Source of the DNA: Spirochaetia bacterium
GTDB taxonomy: Bacteria > Spirochaetota > Spirochaetia > SZUA-6 > Bin103
Length of the DNA: 64,000 bases
NCBI GenBank assembly: GCA_965208575.1
Contig: CBDBOV010000005.1
Location: 224,001 to 288,000, forward strand
Direction of reading: 5' to 3'
The stretch's first letter is position 1. Each line of letters starts with the position of its first letter. Both the position numbers and the translations under genes were made by a program. The notes beneath the pieces were generated by a model. That model was not told the origin of the DNA. It was given only the letters and a program-made list of their open reading frames with translations, and made no database searches. Positions 50,520-59,527 of this stretch are shown piece after piece.

Positions 50520-50619
50520 TACGCCCGCCTCCCGTTCCGCGTTCGCACCCTGCGCACCTGCCGCGTGCGGCCGGCGGTGCGCCTGTGCCACGAGCAGGCG
50601 CGCGCCTGCATCGTGGTGG

Positions 50620-51300
50620 TTACCTCGCGGGCCGGCTCCGCACCGCCTCCAGGTTCAACACCTGCATCGCCTCGTCTCCCATCGCCACGGCGTAGATCCC
50701 GCGCCGCGTCAGGTAGGTCACCATCTCTTCCGGTATGCTCAGCGACGAGAACGCCGGTACGATCGGCAACTTGCCGTACTCAGGAAAGTACAGCGCGAAC
50801 TCGCCGTTCCGCAGAAACTCCACGAACGCCCGCGCATCCTCGGAGCGAGGCGACGACTTGGTCTCGTTCAGCAGTACCGCCCGGGTCCCGACGTAGAGCG
50901 CGTCGAACTCCCGCGTCCGGGAGCGGTCGTCGCTCCGCGTCACGGTCTGGCGGGTCGTGAAGCGCACCAGATCGCCGCAGGCGAACACCTCACGTGCCAG
51001 GCGTCGGATGCTCGGCGCCACGATGTCTTCCACCACCGTACCCATCTTGTTGGCCAACTCACCCCACCGCTTGTTCATCTCCCGCCGCTCGCGGGCGGCT
51101 TCCTCGCGGTGACGGGCTCCCTCCTGCGCCTGACGCTCGACGATACGCTCAAGACGCGCAATAGACTCCTCGGTCCGTGCGACGGACTCGTTGGTCCGCG
51201 AGATAGACTCGTCGGTATTGGCCATGAAGCGGGCCAGGATGGTCTCCAGGTTGTCCACCCGCTCTTCGACCGCCTCTGTCCGTTGTGCAAGCGTAGCCAT
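50620..51300 (-). CDS. Coiled-coil protein with C-terminal PD-(D/E)XK-like domain (DUF3782-like)
   Basis: Heptad repeats TDESISR/TNESVAR/TEESIAR; WGELANKMGTVVED; REFDAL..LNETK. Confidence 0.75.
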   Translation of the reverse strand: MATLAQRTEAVEERVDNLETILARFMANTDESISRTNESVARTEESIARLERIVERQAQEGARHREEAARERREMNKRWGELANKMGTVVEDIVAPSIRRLAREVFACGDLVRFTTRQTVTRSDDRSRTREFDALYVGTRAVLLNETKSSPRSEDARAFVEFLRNGEFALYFPEYGKLPIVPAFSSLSIPEEMVTYLTRRGIYAVAMGDEAMQVLNLEAVRSRPAR

Positions 51301-51466
51301 CGCAAGAACCCAGTCTGCATCAGGGTAACCGCGGCGCGACTGCAGGGCAAGTGCCCGTGGTGCCCGGGAGTGCCCGGGAGTGAGTTGGGCCCGCACCGCT
51401 CGCCTGAAGGCCGTGGGCTATCGAAGTCGGCATCGTAAGGGATAGTATCTTCATGTGACCACTGGG

Positions 51467-52354
51467 ATGATCGAAAGAATAGCGGTGCGGCCGGCGCTGG
51501 CCGCGGATGACTGGGATCTGTTGAGCGAGGCGCCGCTGCCGGAACTGGACGGCGAGTACCCGCTTGGCGACGCGCAGGTGGAAGGGTTCTGGGAGAACGG
51601 CTTCATCGTCCTGGAAGAGGTGCTCGACCGGGACGAGATCAACGCCTACGGCGAGGCGATTCGCGACGTGGCGATGGCCCACTTCCGCGCACGCCGGCTG
51701 GCGCTGTCGTTCGGCGGCGCCTTTCTGCAGCAGCTCAACCTGCGCTACTGCTCCGACGCGGTGAGCCGCTTCGTGCTCAGCCCGCGCTTCGGACGCATCG
51801 CCAGCCGCCTGCTGCGCGCGCCGGCGGTGCGCCTGTACCACGAGCAGGCGCTGTTCAAGCCGCCCGGCGGCATCGACTCGCACTGGCACCAGGACCAGTT
51901 CTACTTCCCGTTCGACGACACCTTCACCATGGGGCTGTGGATGCCGCTGGTGGACTGCTCGCTGGACATGGGGCCGCTGCGCTTCGTGGCCGGCTCCCAC
52001 AAGTACGGCAACCTGGAGGGCATGTCGATCAGCGAGGAGTCGAAGCGCTTCTTCGACGACTTCGCGGAGCGCGAGGGGCTGGAAGTGGTGCAGGTGCCGG
52101 ATTTGAAGGCGGGCGATTGCTCGATCCACCTGGGCTGGACCGTGCACGGCGCGCCGGCCAACCGTTCCAACAAGATGCGCGAGGCGATGACCGCCAACTA
52201 CTTCCCGGACGGGGCGCGCATCACCGACATGTCGCGCTCGCCGGACGGGCTGCGCTTCGTCGGCGGCCTGGTGCCCGGCCAGATCGCCAACAGCGTGATG
52301 AACCCGATCGTGTACTCCGAGACGGCTACCGGGACCGAGGGAGAGACGAAATGA
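51467..52354 (+). CDS. Phytanoyl-CoA dioxygenase family (Fe/2OG) protein
   Basis: FWENGF, WHQD, LRFVAGSH, LKAGD..H..TVHGAPAN..R. Confidence 0.9.
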   Translation: MIERIAVRPALAADDWDLLSEAPLPELDGEYPLGDAQVEGFWENGFIVLEEVLDRDEINAYGEAIRDVAMAHFRARRLALSFGGAFLQQLNLRYCSDAVSRFVLSPRFGRIASRLLRAPAVRLYHEQALFKPPGGIDSHWHQDQFYFPFDDTFTMGLWMPLVDCSLDMGPLRFVAGSHKYGNLEGMSISEESKRFFDDFAEREGLEVVQVPDLKAGDCSIHLGWTVHGAPANRSNKMREAMTANYFPDGARITDMSRSPDGLRFVGGLVPGQIANSVMNPIVYSETATGTEGETK

Positions 52355-53892
52355 CCGAACAGTGGAGCGCCGAGCGCGCCAACGAGTGGTTCGCGTCGAT
52401 CCCGTTGCCGTTCGGCTGCAACTTCCTGCCGAGCACGGCGGTGAACAGCACCGAGATGTGGCAGACCGACACCTTCGACCCCGCCACCATCGAGCGCGAG
52501 CTGCAGTTGGCGGCCGGGCTCGGCTACAACACGGTGCGCGTGTTTCTGCAGTTCATGGTGTGGGAGACCGACCCGGCGGGCCACAACGAGCGCCTGGGGA
52601 CCTTCCTGCGGCTGGCCGACGCCGCCGGCATCACCATGATGCCGATCCTGTTCGACGACTGCCGCTTCGACGACCGCGACCCCTACCCCGGGCGCCAGGA
52701 CGACCCCAAGCCGGGGGTGCACAACAGCCGCTGGACGCCGAGCCCCGGCTACGCCACCGCCGACGACCCGGCGCGCTGGCCGCAACTGGAGGCGTACGTC
52801 AGCGACGTGGTCGGATCCTTCGGCAGCGACCGCCGGGTGCTGGTGTGGGACCTGTACAACGAGCCGGGCGGCGACCGCGCCAAGGAGAGCCTGCCGCTGG
52901 TGGAGGCGGCGTTCCGCTGGGCGCGCGCCGCCGACCCGCGGCAGCCGCTGACCGTGGGCTCCTTCTTCTGGCACGACTACATGACCGAGATCCGGCTGTG
53001 CGGCGAACGCAACTCCGACGTGGTGTCGTTCCACTGCTACGGCAACCTTCAGGAGATGCGCGGGCGCCTCGACGAACTGGCGGCGTACGGCCGCCCGCTG
53101 CTGTGCACCGAGTGGCTGGCCCGTCACCACGGCTCGAAGTTCGCCAGCCACCTGCCGCTGTTCCGTGAACGCAGCGTCGGCACCTACCAGTGGGGCCTGG
53201 CCGCCGGGCGCACCCAGACCTACCTGCACTGGTACACCCGCTACAGCCCGGAGCCGGACGGCGAGCCGCGCCTGTGGCTGCACGACGTGATCCGCCCCGA
53301 CGGCTCATTGTTCGACCCCGCCGAGGCCGCCGCCCTGCGCGACCACGCCGGCTGTGACCTGGCGCCCGAGCCGGTGCCGATGACCGGCGAACTGATGGCC
53401 GACCTGGAGCGGCGCGGGCTGATCATCCGCCTGCGCCCCGGCGGCCACGACCTCGCCGCGCAGCCCGGAGAGACCCTCGGCGAATCGATCTACGAGACCG
53501 CCGACCGCTACGGCCCGCACAAGCTGATCGCCGTGACCGTGAACCGCGCCGAGTTCGCCGCCTTCGGCACCCACCCCGGCAACGAAGAGTTCCTGCTGAT
53601 CGGCAACCCCGACAGCCAGCCGATGTACCTCGCCGTCGCCCTGTGCATGCGCCCCGAGTTCGAGGACAAGGTCAAGACCGGGCGCCTGACCGCCGCCGAC
53701 TTCGTGATGATCGAGTGCCGCTACAACGACCCCGAGGCCAGCTTCTTCGTGATGCGCGCCGGCGTCCCGCACGGCGAGGCGATCGTCCCGGCAGCCGGCA
53801 AGCCCGCCCCCAGCTTCTACGTCACCGAATCCCGCGACCTCCCCCTCGACACCATCGACCTCCGCAAATACCGCCTCCGCGTCGCCCGCTGA
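52351..53892 (+). CDS. GH5-like (clan GH-A) glycoside hydrolase fused to a C-terminal cupin-like domain
   Basis: GCNFLPSTAVN..EMW, WDLYNEP, SFHCY, CTEW; extra ~170 aa with THPGNEEF and GVPHGE. Confidence 0.8.
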   Translation: MTEQWSAERANEWFASIPLPFGCNFLPSTAVNSTEMWQTDTFDPATIERELQLAAGLGYNTVRVFLQFMVWETDPAGHNERLGTFLRLADAAGITMMPILFDDCRFDDRDPYPGRQDDPKPGVHNSRWTPSPGYATADDPARWPQLEAYVSDVVGSFGSDRRVLVWDLYNEPGGDRAKESLPLVEAAFRWARAADPRQPLTVGSFFWHDYMTEIRLCGERNSDVVSFHCYGNLQEMRGRLDELAAYGRPLLCTEWLARHHGSKFASHLPLFRERSVGTYQWGLAAGRTQTYLHWYTRYSPEPDGEPRLWLHDVIRPDGSLFDPAEAAALRDHAGCDLAPEPVPMTGELMADLERRGLIIRLRPGGHDLAAQPGETLGESIYETADRYGPHKLIAVTVNRAEFAAFGTHPGNEEFLLIGNPDSQPMYLAVALCMRPEFEDKVKTGRLTAADFVMIECRYNDPEASFFVMRAGVPHGEAIVPAAGKPAPSFYVTESRDLPLDTIDLRKYRLRVAR

Positions 53893-53895
53893 GCC

Positions 53896-53976
53896 ATGAC
53901 CAACACCATGACCTGCAAGCGCTACGCGTCCCAGGTCGAGTATGACGACGACGAAATCTTTGCGGGACGGATCGCG
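53896..53976 (+). pseudogene. HicB-family antitoxin N-terminal fragment
   Basis: MTNTMTCKRYASQVEYDDDEIFAGRIA resembles HicB starts (M.YKGY.A.IEYD..D.IF.GRI); similarity stops abruptly. Confidence 0.65.
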
Positions 53977-53985
53977 GTCGCACCC

Positions 53986-54266
53986 GGCACTGACCTTTGG
54001 TGCAGCCGGTGACGGGGTTCCACGGTCGCCTTGAAACGGTCGCGAACATGGAAAAAAATCGCTGAAAGCTGGGCGCGCCCCTTGACACGATTTTCGGGGC
54101 TCATAGCGGCTCGCCACAGCGCGCGGCGGCCCCTCCGACTGTCCGGAAACGACTTTGCCTCCATTGACGCGGCAGCACCCCGCTGAGCGGCCTGCAGGGC
54201 GTTGTCTCACCGCCACCGAGGACTCGGAGAAATCGGCTATTTTCAATCCCATGGTATACTTACGAT
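53986..54266 (+). promoter_or_regulatory. Conserved non-coding upstream region of HNH copy 2
   Basis: Colinear blocks shared with 36500-36224; TATACT 6 nt before the ATG. Confidence 0.6.
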
Positions 54267-56219
54267 ATGGATGCCGTGACCTCTCCCGCCCTCTGGTCCA
54301 CCGTCGCCGCGCTTCCCGATTACCTCCTGCTGGCGCAGACTCGGCAGCTCGCCCGTCATGAGCAGGCGCTGCAGATCCTGGTGCTCGACCACCTGCGCGA
54401 GATCGAGGCGCGCCGCCTCCACCTGACGCGCGGGTACGGCAGTTTGTTCGACTACGTCGTGCACGAACTGGGCTACACCGCGGCCGCCGCCTGGCGGCGG
54501 ATCAAGGCGATGCGGCTGTGCACCCAGACGGGAGCGGCGCGCGAGCTGCTGCAGGACGGCTCGCTGAACCTGAGCAACGCGGCGCAACTGCAGAACCTGT
54601 TCGAGCGCAGCGACCGCAGCCGCGGCCGCCCGCCGGGCGGTGGCGGTCGCGTTGGCGGCCTGGGCGGTGCGCCGCGCAATGACGGCGAGCCGGGAGCGCA
54701 GGCACCGGGGGAACCGGCACCGATGAGCGCCGGCGGGCGCGATCCGGCGCCACCGGCAGCCGGGCCGGCACCGGCAGCCGGGCCGGTGCTGGATGCGGCG
54801 GCGCGGGAGGAGCTGGTCCGGCAGGCGGCGGGCAAGAGCACGCGCGAAGTGCAGCAGATGCTGGCCGAGGTGGACCCGGAGCTGGCGCAGCCGAGCGACC
54901 GGATGCGCGCGCTCGGAGGCGGACGCTGGGAGCTGAAGGCGGCGGTCGACGCGGAGTGCCGGCACGGGTTGGAGAAGCTGCAGATGCTGCTGTCGCACAC
55001 GGATCCGCACCTGACGCTGGGCGGTCTGGTGGCGCGGCTGGTGCGCGACGGCTTGGACCGCTACGACCCGGAGCAGCCACCGCGCGCGCGGCGCACCGGC
55101 GGGCGCGCGGTGGCCGACGGCGCGCATTCTGCGAGCACGCCGGCGCGGCGCGACACGGAGCCTGTGCAGCGAAACGTGGGGCGCGCGAAGGGGAACGACA
55201 CGGGGTTGGTGGAGCGGAACGTGGCCCGCGCGGAGGGAGGCGGTGTCGAACGCCGGAGCGAAGTCGAGCGGGATGACGCATCGTTCGGGGCGGCGGTTCG
55301 GATTGGCACTGCCCGTCCTTCGGCGGCGAAGCGGGCTGCGGAAGCCGAGCACGGCAGCACGAAGTCGGCGCCGGTGGGAAGCAGCGGCGGGCACTCCACT
55401 TCGCCGGCGAAGCGCCACAGACAAACCGACCCCGGTCGCACTTCGCGGGCCGCACGGCGGGCCGACGGCGGGCGGGCCGCTTCGGCGGCGAAGCGGGATA
55501 CGGAGGCTGACGGCGGCAGCACGAAATCCCCGGCGGTGAAGCGAGCCGGGCAGGACGGGGACGCGCACATCGAGAGAGCGGAGCACCGTGGTGGCGCCGC
55601 CGCTTCGGCGCCGGGACGCCGTCACGAGGCAGAGCGCTCATGCGTGCAACAGACCGCGATGCGTGGCAACGGCGGACGTACTGCTTCGGTGACGAAGCGG
55701 CAAGGGCGAGCCGGCGGCGACGGTCGGGGCGCGGCGGAACCGCAACTCGATGCCGGCGAGCGCAACGCGTTGTGGGCGCCGGTGCGCACCGATGACGAAG
55801 GCGACCACTGCGCCGGCCCGCGGGATGCCGGTGAACGCAACGCGTTGTCGGCACCGGTGCGGGATCGCCACTGGTTTAGTTCGGCAGCGAAGCGGCTGGC
55901 GCATGCCGCCGGGCATGGCGCGGTGGGGCCGGCGGAGCGTTCGCCGGCCCTGGAGCGGCACCTCGCCGCGTTGCGCTGCTGCGGCGCGGTGCCGGGCTCC
56001 CGGTCACGGTACATCCCGGCCGCCGTGAGGCGGGAGGTGTGGCGCCGCGACCACGGTTGTTGCAGCTATGTCGACCGCCACAGCGGGCGGCGCTGCGGCT
56101 CCGTCTATCGGCTGGAGATCGACCACATCGTGCCGTTCGCGTTCGGCGGCGCCAACGAGCTGTCGAACCTCAGGCTTCGGTGCGCTGCGCATCACAAGTT
56201 GCGCCACGCTCAGCCCTAG
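54267..56219 (+). CDS. HNH endonuclease with helical N-terminal (DUF222-like) domain, copy 2
   Basis: LLAQTRQLA..VLDHLREIEARR..GYGSLFDYVV; SRYIPAAVRREVWRRD..C..RC..LEIDH..GG..NLRLRCAAHH. Confidence 0.88.
   Translation: MDAVTSPALWSTVAALPDYLLLAQTRQLARHEQALQILVLDHLREIEARRLHLTRGYGSLFDYVVHELGYTAAAAWRRIKAMRLCTQTGAARELLQDGSLNLSNAAQLQNLFERSDRSRGRPPGGGGRVGGLGGAPRNDGEPGAQAPGEPAPMSAGGRDPAPPAAGPAPAAGPVLDAAAREELVRQAAGKSTREVQQMLAEVDPELAQPSDRMRALGGGRWELKAAVDAECRHGLEKLQMLLSHTDPHLTLGGLVARLVRDGLDRYDPEQPPRARRTGGRAVADGAHSASTPARRDTEPVQRNVGRAKGNDTGLVERNVARAEGGGVERRSEVERDDASFGAAVRIGTARPSAAKRAAEAEHGSTKSAPVGSSGGHSTSPAKRHRQTDPGRTSRAARRADGGRAASAAKRDTEADGGSTKSPAVKRAGQDGDAHIERAEHRGGAAASAPGRRHEAERSCVQQTAMRGNGGRTASVTKRQGRAGGDGRGAAEPQLDAGERNALWAPVRTDDEGDHCAGPRDAGERNALSAPVRDRHWFSSAAKRLAHAAGHGAVGPAERSPALERHLAALRCCGAVPGSRSRYIPAAVRREVWRRDHGCCSYVDRHSGRRCGSVYRLEIDHIVPFAFGGANELSNLRLRCAAHHKLRHAQP
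55318..55894 (+). repeat. Dispersed palindromic 16-mer (CTTCG-N4-CGAAGCG) in the HNH linker, often 81 bp apart
   Basis: Copies at 55318, 55399, 55480, 55684, 55879; degenerate at 55528 and 55603. Confidence 0.75.
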
Positions 56220-56286
56220 CGTTGTCCAGGGCGCACGATCACGTTAAGGTCGGTGCCCGACGATCTTGAGTGATCAAGGAGAACTG

Positions 56287-57417
56287 ATGGCCGAATCGCA
56301 TCCCCCGTTGGCGGGGGTGCCGCAGTCCGTGAGGATCAGGTGGTATCGGAGCCCGGTGGATCGGGAGGTGCTCAAGGGGCTGGTGGAGCGGAGCGACCTG
56401 CAGGGGGCGTTGCAGGCGGTGGGGCACCTGGCGCTGGCGGCGGTTACGGGCACGCTCGTTTATCTTTGCTATTCGTATCAGGTCTGGGTGGGGTTCGCCG
56501 CGGCGCTGTTTTGCCATGGGACGGTTTGTTCGTTTTTCATGCTGGCGGGGCATGAGCTTGGGCATGGCACGGTGTTCAGGACGAAGTGGCTGAATCGGCT
56601 GTTCCTGGTGGTGTACAGCCTGCTCTCCTGGCACAACTACCACGACTTCGCGGTCAGCCACACCTACCACCACCGTTACACGCTGCACCCGGAGGCGGAC
56701 CGGGAGGTGGAACTGCCCAAGACGCCGTCGTTGCGCGCGCTCTACCTGCTGCAGTTGTTCACGATCAACCTGTTTGGCGGATTCGAGTCTCAACCGCTGC
56801 TGCCGGCGGTCAGGCTGACTCTGAGAAACGCATTCCGCAGGCCGTTTCTTCACCAGTGGCCGGAGGACCTGTACGAAGCGCATCCGGAGTACCGGGACAA
56901 GTCGGTGCGGTTCTCCCGGATCACGCTGCTATTCCACGCGGCTGTGTTGGGCGTCTCGATTGCCACCGGCTACTGGCTTGTCGGGGTGCTGGTGAGCTGC
57001 TCGTTCTGTGTCGCGAACTGGCTGCGCTACCTGGTCGGCGTGCCGATGCACTGCGGCTTGAGGGACAACGTGGCCGACTTCAGGAAGTGCGTGCGGACGA
57101 TCAGGCTGGACCCGGTGTCGGAGTTCCTGTATTGGCGGATGAACTGGCACATGGAGCATCACATGTATGCCGGCGTGCCCTGCTACCACCTCAGCAAGCT
57201 GCACGCCGTGATCAAGAGCGATGTTCCGGCGTGCCGCTCCCTGCTGGGCGCGTGGCGAGAGATGCGCGCGATATGGAAGCGGCAGCAGGTGGAGCCGGGC
57301 TACCAGTTCGATACGCCCCTTCCACGCGGAGCCGGCCTCCCAAATGACGCGGGAAAACAGGAGACGGGTGAGCTCGGCAGCTCAATAGCGGACTTGGCGC
57401 TTCACGAAGCGCGGTAG
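56287..57417 (+). CDS. Fatty acid desaturase family membrane di-iron enzyme (MocD-like)
   Basis: His boxes HELGH, HTYHH, HMEHH; SD AAGGAG. Confidence 0.9.
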   Translation: MAESHPPLAGVPQSVRIRWYRSPVDREVLKGLVERSDLQGALQAVGHLALAAVTGTLVYLCYSYQVWVGFAAALFCHGTVCSFFMLAGHELGHGTVFRTKWLNRLFLVVYSLLSWHNYHDFAVSHTYHHRYTLHPEADREVELPKTPSLRALYLLQLFTINLFGGFESQPLLPAVRLTLRNAFRRPFLHQWPEDLYEAHPEYRDKSVRFSRITLLFHAAVLGVSIATGYWLVGVLVSCSFCVANWLRYLVGVPMHCGLRDNVADFRKCVRTIRLDPVSEFLYWRMNWHMEHHMYAGVPCYHLSKLHAVIKSDVPACRSLLGAWREMRAIWKRQQVEPGYQFDTPLPRGAGLPNDAGKQETGELGSSIADLALHEAR

Positions 57418-57419
57418 TC

Positions 57420-57550
57420 CCCGCCTCGTCGGCGAAGGCCCATGACGACGGCTCTTGAGACCTGCTCATCCGTGAAGAACCGGACTCTCGCCAGGTCTGG
57501 TCTGATCGAGGAGTTTCTCGGCGAGCTTCGACACGTTTTCCTTCCGTAAG
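57420..57550 (-). pseudogene. Severed 3' end of the DUF433 gene plus truncated DUF5615 PIN-like toxin start
   Basis: LRKENVSKLAEKLL..stop at 57466 continues the DUF433 frame across the IS; an overlapping frame reads ARVRFFTDEQVSRAVVMGLRRRG. Confidence 0.75.
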
Positions 57551-59527
57551 CCGAGGTTTGAGAGGCCGTTCTTGTAACTGTTTCCTATTACAGGAATTAG
57601 CGTGTTCATGGGTGTAAATCGTGTCCATGTAAATAGTCCTGTGGTTCAGCGTTAATTTTCTCTCATCTGGTTGATATGTAATTATTAAATGATCTACCAT
57701 TCCCTCCGTAGGGTGCCCATGTACATCGACACCGTCCCCAACCGCAACTCTCCCCCGGCCGTCCTCCTCCGCGAGTCCTTCCGCCAGCACGGCAAGGTCA
57801 AAAAACGCACCATCGCCAACCTCTCCAAGTGGCCCGATCACCTCGTCGAGGGTTTGCGCGTCCTCCTCAACGGCGGTATCGCTCTGCGCTCTCCCAACGA
57901 ACTGCTCTCCATCTTGCGCAGCTATCCCCACGGCCACGTCGCCGCCGTCCTCGGTTCCCTCCGCAAGCTCTCCCTCCATTCCCTCGTCGCTCGTCCCGCC
58001 TCCCGTGAACGCGACCTGGTCGTCGCCATGATCGTCGCTCGCGTCGTCGACGCTCGCTCCAAACTCGCCACCGCTCGCGGCCTGAACCCCGAAAGCGCCG
58101 TCTCCTCCCTCGGCCACCTGCTGCAGTTGGGAGCCGTCGACGAGAATGAGCTGTATGCCGCCATGGATTGGCTGCTCGCTCGCCAGCACGGCATCGAGCA
58201 GCGCTTGGCCAAGCGCCATCTGCATGACAACACGCTCATGTTGTACGACCTGACTTCCAGTTACTTCGAGGGACACACCTGCCCGTTGGCGCGCCGCGGT
58301 CACAGCCGCGACGGCAAACGCGGCACCTTGCAGATCGTGTTCGGCCTGCTGTGTACCGCAGACGGCTGTCCCATCGCCGTCGAGGTATTCGAGGGCTCCA
58401 CCAGTGACCCCAAGACGGTCGCCGCTCAGGTCGACAAGATTCGCAACCGTTTCGGCTTGCAGCGCGTCGTGCTGGTCGGCGACCGCGGCATGCTCACCGG
58501 CGCGCGCATCCGCGAGGACCTGCAGGGGATCGACGGCCTGCGCTGGATCACGACCCTGCGGGCGCCCACCATCCGCAAGCTGATCGAGGCCGGCGAAGTG
58601 GCGCAGACCATGTTCGACGAGCGTGACCTGGCGGAGATCAGCTCACCCGAGTTCCCCGGCGAGCGGCTGATCGTGTGCCGCAACCCGATCCTGGCCGAGC
58701 AACGGCAGCGCAAGAGGCAGAAGTTGCTGGCCTCCACGGAGGAGGAACTGACGCCGATCGTGACGGCCACGCAGCGCGCCAAAAAGCCGCTGCGCGGCGC
58801 CGCCGCGATCGGCCTGCGGGTGGGCAAGGTGATCAACCACTACAAGGTGGGCAAGCATTTCACCACCACCATCACCGACGACTCGTTCTCGTTCGTGCGT
58901 GACCTGGACAAGATCGCGGCCGAGGAAGAACTGGACGGGCTCTACATCGTGCGCTCCAACGTGGAGCCGGAGCTGTTCGACGCCGAGCAGACGGTGACGG
59001 CGTACAAGGATCTGGCCAAGGTGGAGCGCGCCTTCCGCAGCATGAAAACGGTGGATCTGAAGGTGCGACCGATCTATCACCGCAGTGCTGACCGGGTGCG
59101 GGCGCACGTGTTCCTGTGCATGCTGGCCTACTACGTGGAGTGGCACATGCGCAGCAAGCTGGCGCCGGTGCTGTTCGACGACCACGACCGCGCCGCCGGC
59201 GAGGCGCTGCGCGAGTCGGTGGTGCAACCGGCGGAACGCTCACCGGCCGCACACCGGAAGGCGGCGAGCAAGCGTACCGACGACGGTCTGCCGGTGCACA
59301 GCTTTCGCAGCCTGATGAGCGAGTTGGGGACGCTGACGGCCAACCGCGTGCGGATAGTGGATAGCGGCGCCACGTTCACCATGCACAGCGAACCGACCGC
59401 GCTGCAGCAGCGCTGTTTCGATCTCCTGGAGGTCAGCGCCCAAGTGTAGCCAGTAACGGACATCGGCTGTTGAGCGCAATTTTCAGATCAATAACGAATT
59501 AACAAGATTCCCGCTCTGGAACTTCGG
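57551..59527 (+). mobile_element. IS1634-family insertion sequence
   Basis: Imperfect IR CCGAGGTT / AACTTCGG; flanking direct repeat CGTAAG at 57545-50 and 59528-33; removal restores the DUF433 ORF. Confidence 0.85.
57719..59449 (+). CDS. IS1634-family DDE transposase
   Basis: LYDLTSSYFEG, GHSRDGK, VGDRGM, YKDLAKVERAFRSMK, RPIYH..RVRAHVFLCMLAY. Confidence 0.93.
   Translation: MYIDTVPNRNSPPAVLLRESFRQHGKVKKRTIANLSKWPDHLVEGLRVLLNGGIALRSPNELLSILRSYPHGHVAAVLGSLRKLSLHSLVARPASRERDLVVAMIVARVVDARSKLATARGLNPESAVSSLGHLLQLGAVDENELYAAMDWLLARQHGIEQRLAKRHLHDNTLMLYDLTSSYFEGHTCPLARRGHSRDGKRGTLQIVFGLLCTADGCPIAVEVFEGSTSDPKTVAAQVDKIRNRFGLQRVVLVGDRGMLTGARIREDLQGIDGLRWITTLRAPTIRKLIEAGEVAQTMFDERDLAEISSPEFPGERLIVCRNPILAEQRQRKRQKLLASTEEELTPIVTATQRAKKPLRGAAAIGLRVGKVINHYKVGKHFTTTITDDSFSFVRDLDKIAAEEELDGLYIVRSNVEPELFDAEQTVTAYKDLAKVERAFRSMKTVDLKVRPIYHRSADRVRAHVFLCMLAYYVEWHMRSKLAPVLFDDHDRAAGEALRESVVQPAERSPAAHRKAASKRTDDGLPVHSFRSLMSELGTLTANRVRIVDSGATFTMHSEPTALQQRCFDLLEVSAQV

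Noticed and set aside
55318-55894. CRISPR array inside the HNH gene
   Set aside because: The repeat is only ~16 bp and degenerate, spacing is irregular, some intervals are mutual duplicates, and it lies in frame within a CDS; kept as a different kind of finding.
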